Under the pieces are notes generated by a model. The model had not been told where the DNA came from, did no database searches, and saw only the letters and a program-made list of their open reading frames with translations. A stretch of 64,000 nucleotides of DNA from the NCBI GenBank assembly GCA_019429385.1, contig JAHYIS010000008.1:4318-68317 (forward strand), given 5' to 3'. Both the position numbers and the translations under genes were made by a program. This document shows, one piece after another, positions 50,992-60,832 of the stretch; within the stretch, counting starts at the first letter, position 1; each line of letters opens with the position of its first letter. Source of the DNA: ANME-2 cluster archaeon. Lineage in GTDB: Archaea > Halobacteriota > Methanosarcinia > Methanosarcinales > Methanocomedenaceae.

Positions 50992-52320
50992 ATGAAAAAA
51001 AAGTTATTTGTTCTGAGAAGTACCGACCTGGTGTATACCACCATCGACGATTGGATTCACCATGAAGCGATTCCATTCTCAGTCGATTCGTCCGAAACCT
51101 TCAATGCCTCCATCGACAGGGTCATCGCCTCATTTGACGACCCGGTGGAGTTGCTCGGCTTTGGAGAAGCACTCCATGGCGGCGAGGACATTCTTATACT
51201 CCGCAACCGGCTTTTCCAGCGTTTGGTTGAGACGCACGGCTACAGTGCCATTGCCATCGAGAGCAGTTTCCCCCGGGCACGCGTGGTGAATGAGTACATT
51301 GCCGGTCGCGGCCCGGCATCATATGAGGCTGTGCAGGACACCGGATTTAGCCACGGCTTCGGCCTGCTCGATGCGAACCGGGAACTCGTGGAGTGGATGC
51401 GGAGATACAATGCCGATCCTTTCCACCGAGTCAAACTCCAGTTCTACGGCTTCGATAGTCCGACCGAAATGGTCGGCACCGATAGTCCAGGCAAGGTCCT
51501 GCATTTTGTTCTCGATTACCTCGCTTCGATCGATAATGCCAGAGGCAAAGAATATCGCGAACGCATAGACCACCTTCTGGGCCAGGATTCTGACTGGGAG
51601 AACCCAGCCGCATCGTTCGACCCGGCGAAGTCGGTAGGACTGTCACCAGAGGCAACTGCATTGCGCATCGAAACTGAGGATCTCATTACAGAACTGCACA
51701 TACGCCGTCCCGAATTGGTGGCAAGGAGCGGCGAAAGCTGCTATCTTGAAGCCAGGCAATATGCTTTGGTGGCACGGCAGTTACTGAACTATCATGCCGC
51801 TTTAGCCCGAAAATCGGATGAACGGGTTTCCAGACTTCTCGGCATTCGCGATGCGATGATGGCGGATAATCTGGCGTACATGGTGTCTCGTGAGCGTGGC
51901 CGGGGGAAAGTGCTGGCCTTCGCTCACAACAGCCATCTGAAACATGGAGAGTCACAATGGCAATTCGGCACTGACGTATACTCATGGTGGCCGGCGGGTT
52001 CGCACCTCAATGAGATGTTCGGCCCAGGTTATGTCGTCATCGGTTCGGCATTGGGCGTTTCTGATGCCAATGGCATCGGCCAGCCCGAACCCGGCACGCT
52101 TGAAGCCCTGCTGACTGCCGTGCCGGGACCAGTGCGGTTCATTCCCACGCATAAAAGCCAGGGGCTTCCGACCACGGCAATATCAACTCTTCCGGCTCGC
52201 TCGGGCAGTATAAAGAACACGACCTATTTCGCACTGACTCCCCAAAGTTTCACCGATTTCGACTGGCTGGCTGTCCTGGATTCAACGATATATAGCCGCG
52301 GTGGGCCACCGCTGCAATAA
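50992..52320 (+). CDS. Erythromycin-esterase-family (EreA/ChaN-like) hydrolase
   Basis: 442 aa. ..LLGFGEALHGGEDIL.., ..YSAIAIESSFPRA.. and ..VLAFAHNSHLKHG.. resemble the conserved His/Glu blocks of the family. GC is noticeably higher than in its neighbours. Confidence 0.7.
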   Translation: MKKKLFVLRSTDLVYTTIDDWIHHEAIPFSVDSSETFNASIDRVIASFDDPVELLGFGEALHGGEDILILRNRLFQRLVETHGYSAIAIESSFPRARVVNEYIAGRGPASYEAVQDTGFSHGFGLLDANRELVEWMRRYNADPFHRVKLQFYGFDSPTEMVGTDSPGKVLHFVLDYLASIDNARGKEYRERIDHLLGQDSDWENPAASFDPAKSVGLSPEATALRIETEDLITELHIRRPELVARSGESCYLEARQYALVARQLLNYHAALARKSDERVSRLLGIRDAMMADNLAYMVSRERGRGKVLAFAHNSHLKHGESQWQFGTDVYSWWPAGSHLNEMFGPGYVVIGSALGVSDANGIGQPEPGTLEALLTAVPGPVRFIPTHKSQGLPTTAISTLPARSGSIKNTTYFALTPQSFTDFDWLAVLDSTIYSRGGPPLQ

Positions 52321-52353
52321 AGGTATATGACCCCGGGCATATACTAATGCCTG

Positions 52354-53871
52354 CTAACGTCTACTAACGTCTACTGTCCCCTGTTCTGTCAGCATCCTCT
52401 CAATGGCATCCATATTAACATGTGCCTGGAAATGCGTTGCAAGCTGGTGGTAGGGTTCAATATACTCCACGTTGTCCCTCACAGCACTATATGACATATC
52501 GCGCCCGTTATACAGGAACTCCAAAAAAGCATCCCTTAGATTCTCATTCTCGAACAACCCGTGCAGGTATGTCCCCCATACCAGCCCTTCTTTATTCACA
52601 CAGCCATCATCACCAAAAGCGGGTACTTCATCCCCGAGCCGGGTCTTACCCATGTGGATTTTATAACCTGATACCTGCTGCCCCTTTATACAGCCCAGGA
52701 TGGGGCCGTTACCTGTTACTGTCTTTTCGGTCTGGACAGTCTGCTTTTCATATTCAGTAAAATACGTGGCAATATCCAGCAGTCCCAGGCCATTGAAAAC
52801 TGCAGCTTCCCCGCTTCCCCCTTCTATACCGCTGTCAGTGATGGTACTGCCGAGCATCTGGTAGCCGCCACAGATGCCAATAACAGGAACACCTGCCTTT
52901 GCAAGTTCAAGTATCCGGGCATCAGAGCCGCAATCCTGCAGCACTTTCAGGTCGTCAATGGTGTTCTTGGTGCCGGGAATGATAAGGGCGTCTGGGTGCC
53001 CTAAGTCATCGCCCGGTTCAATATAATGCACATTTGAATAGGGCTCCAGGGGCTCGAAGTCGGTGAAATTGGATATTCTTGGCAGGCGGAGAACTGCAAT
53101 ATCCACCAGCCCGTTGTCTTTGGATGCGGAGCGTACCTTGTCGGCAATGGAAACCGAATCCTCTGAGGGAATGGATAGCCCGGTATAGGGGATGACGCCC
53201 AGTACCGGCACCCCCGTGAGTGCTTCAAGCTGCCGTATGCCGGGTTCCAGTATTGCCGGGTCGCCCCTGAACTTGTTGATGATGATGCCTTTGACCAGGG
53301 GCGCAATGTCTTCGGGGAGGAGTTTCAGGGTGCCATAGATACTGGCGAACACGCCGCCGCGCTCGATATCACCGACAAGGATGACAGGGGGATGCAGCAT
53401 CCTGGCAGTACCGATATTGACCACATCGCGGTGGTACAGGTTGATCTCGGCGGCACCCCCGGCCCCTTCTATGACGATGGTATCGTACTGTTGGGCCAGC
53501 CTTTCGTATGCGCCCTCGACAATGTTCATCATGTCTTCAATGGAATCGTAATAGTCCCCGGCGGTGCGGTCGGCATACGGTTTTCCCAATAGTATCACCT
53601 GGGACTTGCGGTCGCCTTTGGGTTTGAGGAGAATTGGGTTCATGTCTGCGGTCGGCAGGATGCCACATGCCTTTGCCTGGATGGCCTGTGCGATACCTAT
53701 CTCGCTACCATCCTCGGTTATCCAGGAGTTGAGGCTCATGTTCTGGGCTTTGAAGGGTGCAACAGTGTGGCCCTGTTCGGCAAAGATGCGGCACAGGGCT
53801 GTGACTATCACGCTCTTGCCTACATGTGAGCCTGTGCCCAGTACCATCAGGGGTTTTGCTGTGTTGTTCAT
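52354..53871 (-). CDS. cobQ: Cobyric acid synthase
   Basis: KPLMVLGTGSHVGKSVIVTALCRIF and the C-terminal glutamine amidotransferase domain (IGICGGYQMLG...TYLHGLFEN). Confidence 0.92.
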   Translation of the reverse strand: MNNTAKPLMVLGTGSHVGKSVIVTALCRIFAEQGHTVAPFKAQNMSLNSWITEDGSEIGIAQAIQAKACGILPTADMNPILLKPKGDRKSQVILLGKPYADRTAGDYYDSIEDMMNIVEGAYERLAQQYDTIVIEGAGGAAEINLYHRDVVNIGTARMLHPPVILVGDIERGGVFASIYGTLKLLPEDIAPLVKGIIINKFRGDPAILEPGIRQLEALTGVPVLGVIPYTGLSIPSEDSVSIADKVRSASKDNGLVDIAVLRLPRISNFTDFEPLEPYSNVHYIEPGDDLGHPDALIIPGTKNTIDDLKVLQDCGSDARILELAKAGVPVIGICGGYQMLGSTITDSGIEGGSGEAAVFNGLGLLDIATYFTEYEKQTVQTEKTVTGNGPILGCIKGQQVSGYKIHMGKTRLGDEVPAFGDDGCVNKEGLVWGTYLHGLFENENLRDAFLEFLYNGRDMSYSAVRDNVEYIEPYHQLATHFQAHVNMDAIERMLTEQGTVDVSRR

Positions 53872-53998
53872 TGTCTTTTATCCTTATGCTGATTGATGGC
53901 TATGTCTAACCTGAAGATTGAAAAGCATATTGATAAAGGGGGGAGCAGGTAAGATTTATGCTGTAGTAACCTAAACATTATTTTCAGGATTTGATGAT

Positions 53999-54304
53999 AT
54001 GAACAAGAACGTTGACGATGATGAACTGGAAGACATGATAATGCGTGGCCCCACGGCCCGTGAGGCAAAGACAGGGGACCATGACATGATGTTCAAGGCA
54101 CTGGGTAATCCGGTGCGCAGGAAGATCATTGTTTCTATTGGTGCTTTTGGTAAATCACTGGCGGATGTGATGAAAGAGACAGGGGTTAACCGGTCGCAAC
54201 TGGATTACCAGCTGGATTTTCTTAATAAGGGGGGGTTTGCCGTGGTAGAGGGGGATATCTGCCGGCTGACCGATAAGGGATTGGGGCTGCTGTCGAATAT
54301 TTAA
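53999..54304 (+). CDS. ArsR-family winged-helix transcription regulator
   Basis: 101 aa. MFKALGNPVRRKIIVSI followed by a helix-turn-helix-like segment (LADVMKETGVNRSQLDYQLDFL). Confidence 0.6.
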   Translation: MNKNVDDDELEDMIMRGPTAREAKTGDHDMMFKALGNPVRRKIIVSIGAFGKSLADVMKETGVNRSQLDYQLDFLNKGGFAVVEGDICRLTDKGLGLLSNI

Positions 54305-54426
54305 GCGATTGGAGCGGTGTTGGGGGTTATGGTTGGTTGGTGCGGGATTTGATGCATTTGGTTGAGGTATGTAACTCCTATCACCCTTAGCTACCTCGGA
54401 CGTAGCTGCAAAACCGAAATGGTTGA

Positions 54427-55305
54427 TTACCCCTTAACTTCAAGGAATTTGTCAAATTCAAAGGCAGAACCGAATTGTTAGAAACCTATGGCGGCAAGGA
54501 CATATTTAAAATTGATGTCAACAGTGACAAATTTGATCTCACAAAATTCCAGAATGAATTAGTACTCTATTTCAATGAATATCTTCTATCTGGCGGATAT
54601 CCAGAATACCATCCTGCAAAAGACATACGGCTATGGCAGGACATCCTTATTGCCGACGTGGTTGAAAAGACAATATATCGAGATATTGCAGTACAATACC
54701 AGATAAAGAACCCCCAGTATCTTGAAAAGATACTCACCTACATTGCCCGGAACAACTGCCAGACAGCCTCATATAACCGGATAGCACAGGCACTCTCCAT
54801 CAGCACGGATACTGTCATAAACATGATAAATTATCTGGAATCCACGCATTTGATAGGAAGTTTACCTCTTTTTTCAAAGAACGTGAAAAAACAAATACGT
54901 TCCAACCGGAAATTCTTTGTAATAGATTCAGGATTGAGCAACGCCATGCTTAAGAATCGCAGTTTAATGGATGAAAACTCCGGACTATTGGTAGAATCGG
55001 TTGTAAATTCCAACCTGTTGACTGCAAAGGAGTTCAGGAGTTTTTTTGACATCAGGAATATCTCGTATTTCACTGATAAGCAAAAGCATGAAGTAGATAT
55101 TGTGCTGGACATTGACGGGAAGATTGTGCCTGTTGAGGTGAAATACCAGAACAATATCTATGAACATGACCTGAAGAACCTGCACTATTTCATGGACGTA
55201 CAGGGTCTGGATTTTGGGGTGGTTGTCACCCGGAACCTGTTTGAGATGAGGAAGAATATCCTGTGCATTCCTGTGTGGATGTTTCTGTTAATATTCACGG
55301 CTTAG
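54427..55305 (+). pseudogene. 5'-truncated AAA-ATPase remnant (DUF4143-type C-terminal half only)
   Basis: The frame opens right after a TGA (54424-54426) as LPLNFKEFVKFKGRTELLETYGG.... This corresponds to the middle of COG1373-type ATPases. No Walker A/B region lies upstream. The C-terminus HEVDIVLDIDGKIVPVEVKY is the nuclease-like end of the family. Confidence 0.55.
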
Positions 55306-55386
55306 GTATCATTTTTACTTGCCTTTGTAACTGCTAACAAGAGTATCATGTTTTTTTCCTCAAACAAATATCTACCATTTGCAAGT

Positions 55387-55434
55387 TATTGCGATTAACA
55401 ATTATTGTGATTTACAATTATTGCAATTAACAAT
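55387..55434. promoter_or_regulatory. Three in-phase 16-bp tandem repeats TTATTGYRATTWACAA (operator/promoter candidate)
   Basis: ttattgcgattaacaa / ttattgtgatttacaa / ttattgcaattaacaa occupy 55387-55434, ending 15 nt before the ATG at 55450. Each unit has TTG...CAA dyad ends. Confidence 0.5.
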
Positions 55435-55449
55435 AACTATTAAGTACTA

Positions 55450-56853
55450 ATGAACTATATACATACATTTATGGAATTTTATGACCGTAAAGAAGAGATT
55501 GAGAAACTCCAAACATTGACATCGCTTGACAAGAGCACAATGATTGTAATCTACGGCAGGCGTCGTATTGGTAAAACTCGGCTTGTGCAGCATGTTTTTG
55601 GAAACAACTCGTTTTACTTTTTTGTTGCGGAAAAAGAAGAATTGTTAATCCTTGAAGATTTCAGAATCATATTGATGGAGCGCCTTGATTATGTTCCCAA
55701 CTTTAAGGATTTCGATGATTTTTTTGGTTTTTTGTTTACGCTACCCGACAAAGAGATATTCATTTTTGATGAATTCCAAAACTTTAAAAAAATCAACACT
55801 GGTGTTTTGTCTATCATCCAAAAATACTGGGATAAATACAAAGATGAACGGAAATATTCATTTTTGTTTCTTGGTTCTTACATAGGTCTTATGAAACATC
55901 TATTCAAAGACTATAAAACGCCACTCTTTGGACGCTCGGATGCACTATTCGATCTAAAACCTCTGCAGTATGATGTTTGCAAAGACATTCTGGCGGGACT
56001 CCAAATCAGTTCCTTTGTCGAAATATATTCAATATTTGGTGGAGTTCCAAAATACTACGAATTATTAGAGAATGTAACTGACAAAACGCTATTAAACATC
56101 ATCTTTGAACAATTCCTGGGCATTGGTGCTCCCCTACTTGATGAAGGTACAAATATATTGATAAGTGAATTTGGAACTCAATACAGGATATATTTTTCAA
56201 TTTTAGAGGCAATTGCCAGCGGAGCAAGCACTTTGAATGACATAGCAAACCGAACCGGTATTAAAAATACCAGTCTTGGGCCTTACATGTCCGACCTTAT
56301 CAATGAATATGAAATTCTGGTGCGCAAAGTTCCCGTGAATGAAAAAGCATCCAAATCCAAAATGGGCAGGTATTTTATCAAAGACAATTTTTTCAAATTC
56401 TGGTTTCGCTTCATTCACAAGAACCGTGGGTTTATTGAGAGTGGCAGACCAGAGTATGTACTTTCAAAAATCGAATCTGAACTTGATCAATACATCGGGC
56501 CGGTTTTTGAAAACATATGTGTTGAGTTTCTGCACAGATCAAATGTTGAAAATAAACTTCCGTTCGTGTTCCAAAACATCGGTTCATGGTGGAACCGCAA
56601 AGGTGATGAGATTGATATCGTTGCTTTAAACGATGATACAAAAGAGATTCTCATTGGGGAATGTAAATGGAACAACCGCAAGATGGATGTGGATATTCTA
56701 ACAAAGCTAAATGACAAAAAGAGGTTGATAAAATGGCAATACGATGCACGTAAAGAGCATTACTGCCTGTTCTCAAAAGTGGGTTTCTCAAAACGCTTAC
56801 ACGAAGTTGCAAAAGAAGAGGATATTTTGCTTTTTACCCTGAATGACTTGTAA
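55450..56853 (+). CDS. Archaeal-type AAA ATPase with DUF234-like C-terminal domain
   Basis: FYDRKEEIEKL...MIVIYGRRRIGKTRLV (Walker A), IFIFDEFQ (Walker B) and the C-terminal ..IGSWWNRKGDEIDIVAL...IGECKW. Confidence 0.8.
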   Translation: MNYIHTFMEFYDRKEEIEKLQTLTSLDKSTMIVIYGRRRIGKTRLVQHVFGNNSFYFFVAEKEELLILEDFRIILMERLDYVPNFKDFDDFFGFLFTLPDKEIFIFDEFQNFKKINTGVLSIIQKYWDKYKDERKYSFLFLGSYIGLMKHLFKDYKTPLFGRSDALFDLKPLQYDVCKDILAGLQISSFVEIYSIFGGVPKYYELLENVTDKTLLNIIFEQFLGIGAPLLDEGTNILISEFGTQYRIYFSILEAIASGASTLNDIANRTGIKNTSLGPYMSDLINEYEILVRKVPVNEKASKSKMGRYFIKDNFFKFWFRFIHKNRGFIESGRPEYVLSKIESELDQYIGPVFENICVEFLHRSNVENKLPFVFQNIGSWWNRKGDEIDIVALNDDTKEILIGECKWNNRKMDVDILTKLNDKKRLIKWQYDARKEHYCLFSKVGFSKRLHEVAKEEDILLFTLNDL

Positions 56854-56977
56854 CAATGAAGGGGACTAACAGTGGACTTCGTGTAATATTGGGCATAAGC
56901 CCCGGTGATTACCAGTGTATAAAGAACTTTGACCACATAAATATAAATCTTCTGAACCAAAAGAACTACATTACCGA

Positions 56978-57892
56978 CTAAACCATTTGTCCGATCACCA
57001 CTTCAGCCAGCACCTTACTCTTTTCAGCCGAAGTCATCAGAGTATCCGCACTCACCACAGCCACACCCATCCCCTCAACATCCCGCAGCCCCAACCCGTC
57101 GCGCTCATCCACCACGAACACATCCAGCAGGTCCTCATAGAACCGGGCCACCCCCCTGGATGACACCTCACACCCGCAGGCGCTCATCAACTTGCCCGCA
57201 GGCCCGCTCACAGGCTCGCACCCGATGATAGGGCTGACCGCTACTACGTGTTTATTGCGTATCAGCTCCCTCATCCCCTTCACAGCAAGAACGGGGCCTA
57301 TACTTGTAATAGGATTGCTGGGACCTATTAGTATTGTATCCTCTTGCTCAACAGCCTTGTGGACCGCATCTGAAACAGTAGTATTTTCAATACCCAGGTA
57401 CTCAATACCCATTACTTCAGGTCGCCCCCTCTTTCCGACCCAGAAATCCTGGAAATGCATGGTACCGTCATCGGTGGTTATCATCGACGATACAGGCTCG
57501 TCACACATCGGCAGGATGGTGCCTTGCGCTCCCAGCATGCGGGCGGTCCTCCCCACAGCCTCTGTCAATGATGCACCCTGCCTGATACATTCTGAGCGCA
57601 GGATATGGGTGGCGCGGTCCCTGTCCCCCAGCCTTAACACCTCATCGTGTCCGGCACTGGCTAGGGCTTCATGGGTATGGTAGGTATCCCCTGCCACACC
57701 CCACCATTTGTCCATGTCAAGCAGACCGGAAAAAAGGTAGGTGACCGTATCAATATCAGGGCAAACCAGGTTTCCCGATACCAACAGGTCCTCTGCCGTG
57801 TTGACAATAACGGTAATATTTTCATCAGGTATAAGTTGCCGAAGACCAGCCAGAAGTTTTGGTGTTCCGGTCCCGCCTGATAATACAAGCAT
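56978..57892 (-). CDS. cofD: 2-Phospho-L-lactate transferase (F420 biosynthesis)
   Basis: MLVLSGGTGTPKLLAGL...VIVNTAEDLLVSGNLVCPDIDTVTYLFSG...WWGV is very close to characterised CofD N-termini. Confidence 0.9.
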   Translation of the reverse strand: MLVLSGGTGTPKLLAGLRQLIPDENITVIVNTAEDLLVSGNLVCPDIDTVTYLFSGLLDMDKWWGVAGDTYHTHEALASAGHDEVLRLGDRDRATHILRSECIRQGASLTEAVGRTARMLGAQGTILPMCDEPVSSMITTDDGTMHFQDFWVGKRGRPEVMGIEYLGIENTTVSDAVHKAVEQEDTILIGPSNPITSIGPVLAVKGMRELIRNKHVVAVSPIIGCEPVSGPAGKLMSACGCEVSSRGVARFYEDLLDVFVVDERDGLGLRDVEGMGVAVVSADTLMTSAEKSKVLAEVVIGQMV

Positions 57893-57992
57893 GCATGCTC
57901 ATAGTACAGGGCAGAATATTAACCTTATTGAAAAGAAGCGTGCGATAAATAATGTTTATATGCCTTTATTCCAATTACATACATGATTCCTC

Positions 57993-58991
57993 ATGAAAAA
58001 AAAAGAGTCGGGCCGGACCATCTACTATTACATTATCCTCTTTTTGATGATGATTTTATTGTATAGCTATATTGCAATATTCATCAAGTCACATTTTGAA
58101 GGAGAATCGTTCACCTTTATTGAAAGTGTATATTTTGTCATCATCACTATGACCACAGTAGGGTATGGGGATATAGTAATGACTACCCCCATTGGAATGA
58201 TATTCAGCATAGTCGTGGCGATTTCAGGGGTCATCATGTTATTTGCACTGCTCTTCCCATTGGTGGTAATACCATGGATCGAGACGCAGATACGGGGTGA
58301 ACTGCCTACCATTGCCCCCACGAAACTCAACGACCATGTTATCATATGCGGTTACAACAAGATGGTCGAATCACTGGTAAACGAACTGGAAGACAATAGC
58401 ATGCCATTCATAGTAGTGGACGACGATGAAAACCAGATACGTTCACTCCTAAAAGAGGGCACCAATTGTATTTTTGGAGACCCTGCCAAAGAAAAAGTAC
58501 TTGATGCCGCAGGGGTATGCAGGGCCAGGCTGCTCATAGCGAACCAGAATGATGAAAAGAATGCCAGTATCATACTGACAGCACGGGAATTCTGTACCAT
58601 TGAGATACTGGCAATCGTGAACGATAAGAATAATGCAGATTATTTGAAATATGCAGGTGCCAACAGGGTGGTATCACCAAAATCCCTCCTGGGTTCATTT
58701 ATCGGTCGCAAGTCGGTAGAACCTCTTACAGACAGGGTTATTAACAGCATCGCTTTCATGGATGACCTCGAAATTGCCGAGTTCCCTATTTACCCTGGCA
58801 GCATTCTGCTGAAAAAGAGCCTGAAAGAATCCAGGATACGTGAACTGACCGGCGCCAACATTGTAGGGATATGGAAAGGAGGCAAATTATCCCTTAATCC
58901 CGTGGCCGATGATGTAATAAAGCGGAATTCCATATTACTGGTAGTTGGCAATAAACAACAGTTGAGAAAGTTCAAACGACTTACCCATTAG
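57993..58991 (+). CDS. Two-TM potassium channel with C-terminal RCK/TrkA domain (MthK-like)
   Basis: Selectivity filter TMTTVGYGD. The RCK Rossmann start is HVIICGYNKMVESL, followed by a TrkA-C-like end. Confidence 0.85.
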   Translation: MKKKESGRTIYYYIILFLMMILLYSYIAIFIKSHFEGESFTFIESVYFVIITMTTVGYGDIVMTTPIGMIFSIVVAISGVIMLFALLFPLVVIPWIETQIRGELPTIAPTKLNDHVIICGYNKMVESLVNELEDNSMPFIVVDDDENQIRSLLKEGTNCIFGDPAKEKVLDAAGVCRARLLIANQNDEKNASIILTAREFCTIEILAIVNDKNNADYLKYAGANRVVSPKSLLGSFIGRKSVEPLTDRVINSIAFMDDLEIAEFPIYPGSILLKKSLKESRIRELTGANIVGIWKGGKLSLNPVADDVIKRNSILLVVGNKQQLRKFKRLTH

Positions 58992-59008
58992 CAAAAAGAG
59001 AGATAGAT

Positions 59009-59698
59009 ATGAACAGTTCACTGGATTTGAACGAGAAACACACGATTGTACTGGGATATGGTGATGTAGGCCACAGGGTCGTACAACGCCTGATGAATGC
59101 CGGAGTGCTCTTTGTGGTAGTGGACTCGAATGAAGGAGTGTTCAAAGATGTGGATTTTACTTATTATACAGGGGATGCCACCTCCGAGTCGACCCTGAAG
59201 AAAGTGGGTGTGGAGCATGCGTCCACCGTGATATTGACCATCGGGTCTGATTCCAACATCATTTTTGCCATCCTGGTAGCGCGCAAACTGAATCCTGATA
59301 GTGTTATCCTGGCACGTGCTAATGACAATCAATCCATAGATAAGATGTACAAAGCAGGAGCCGATTATGTGGCATCGCTTTCCATAATCGCCGGACAGAT
59401 GCTGGGGCAGATCGCGGTGTTACCGCATGACCACCCGCTGCGGGAAGAGACCATACTGATGTATGAAGGAATAGAGATCGAGAAATATACCATCGGTCCG
59501 TCCTCGCCCCTGGCCGGTAAGACCCTGGCCGAACTTGACCTGCGCAACTCTATCGGTTGCACAGTGATAGGGATACATGCAGAGGATAAGACCAGATCAG
59601 AGATTGACCCTCATACCGTTATTAAAGAAGGTATGACCCTTGCAGTACTGGGTAATGTTGAACAGATTAATCGGTTCCGTGAAACCTTTGTAAAATAA
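59009..59698 (+). CDS. Soluble RCK protein (TrkA-N plus TrkA-C domains)
   Basis: HTIVLGYGDVGHRVVQRL (GxGxxG), followed by a TrkA-C-like segment (..LAGKTLAELDLRNSIGCTVIGI..). Confidence 0.8.
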   Translation: MNSSLDLNEKHTIVLGYGDVGHRVVQRLMNAGVLFVVVDSNEGVFKDVDFTYYTGDATSESTLKKVGVEHASTVILTIGSDSNIIFAILVARKLNPDSVILARANDNQSIDKMYKAGADYVASLSIIAGQMLGQIAVLPHDHPLREETILMYEGIEIEKYTIGPSSPLAGKTLAELDLRNSIGCTVIGIHAEDKTRSEIDPHTVIKEGMTLAVLGNVEQINRFRETFVK

Positions 59699-59726
59699 CC
59701 GATTGTTCCTTTGTAGTAGATGATCC

Positions 59727-60767
59727 ATGATGACAGAACAAACGCGTATGGTCACGTATTCCAGAAATGTCTTTATCCCTGTCACCAACATGTGCCGGAA
59801 CCATTGCGGTTATTGTGGATTCAGGCGCAACCCGGAGGACCCGCAGGCTTATATCATCCATCCTGACAGAGTAGCAGAAATACTCCAAAGAGGCGCAGGA
59901 AGCGGTTGCACCGAGGCACTGTTCACCTTTGGAGAGCGGCCCGAGGAAGATATCAGATATTTGGAGCGGCTCAAAACTATAGGATATGAACGGACCCTGG
60001 ATTACCTGCTGGACCTGTGCCGGATGGCTATAAATGCAGGACTGTTACCCCACTGCAACCCGGGATTGCTGTCGTATGAAGAACTTGCCCTGCTCAAACC
60101 ATTCAATGCCAGTATGGGGTTGATGCTTGAGACCACTGCCCAATTGCAGGCACATGATAACAGTCCGGGCAAGGTACCGCAAAAGAGGATAGAGAGCATT
60201 GCACATGCAGGGAAATTGAAGATACCTTTTACTACAGGATTGCTTGTGGGCATCGGCGAGACCAGGAGCGACCGGGTGGATTCCCTCAGGACCATTACAG
60301 GGTTGCACCGTAAGTACGGACATATCCAGGAAGTCATCATCCAGAATTTTACTCCAAAACCAGATACGCCCATGGCAGGACATGAACCGCCATCCTTTGA
60401 AGAGATGCTCTGGACAGTCGAACAGGCAAGGGATATCCTGCCTGATGATGTGGCTGTACAGGTGCCGCCCAACCTCATATCACCAGGAGTACTTATCAAA
60501 CATGGTGCCTCCGACCTTGGTGGCATATCTTCCGAGACCATTGACCACATCAACCCTGAACATAAATGGCCTGACGTGGAGGAACTGAAGCAAACAGCTG
60601 GAAAAGATACCGTGCTTCGTGAAAGACTCCCTATCTATCCAAAATATATCCTGGATGATTGGTTCGGTGAGGAATTACGTTCGCTTATCCATCAATTGAC
60701 CGATGATGAAGGATACAGGAAAACCACTGAAATTGAACTTTCGGGTACAATGTTACGCAAATTATAG
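59727..60767 (+). CDS. cofG: FO synthase subunit 1 (radical SAM), F420 biosynthesis
   Basis: VTYSRNVFIPVTNMCRNHCGYCGFRR (CxxxCxxC). The length and downstream blocks fit CofG. Confidence 0.9.
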   Translation: MMTEQTRMVTYSRNVFIPVTNMCRNHCGYCGFRRNPEDPQAYIIHPDRVAEILQRGAGSGCTEALFTFGERPEEDIRYLERLKTIGYERTLDYLLDLCRMAINAGLLPHCNPGLLSYEELALLKPFNASMGLMLETTAQLQAHDNSPGKVPQKRIESIAHAGKLKIPFTTGLLVGIGETRSDRVDSLRTITGLHRKYGHIQEVIIQNFTPKPDTPMAGHEPPSFEEMLWTVEQARDILPDDVAVQVPPNLISPGVLIKHGASDLGGISSETIDHINPEHKWPDVEELKQTAGKDTVLRERLPIYPKYILDDWFGEELRSLIHQLTDDEGYRKTTEIELSGTMLRKL

Positions 60768-60832
60768 TAATCATTAATACTATCAATGACACAGTTCAGC
60801 CTCTACCAAATAAATAAAAACAACAGGAGAAT

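Noticed and set aside
54315-54345. G/T-rich tract (gttgggggttatggttggttggtgcggg) as a possible G-quadruplex
   Set aside because: The G-runs are mostly only two long and irregular. There is no support beyond composition.
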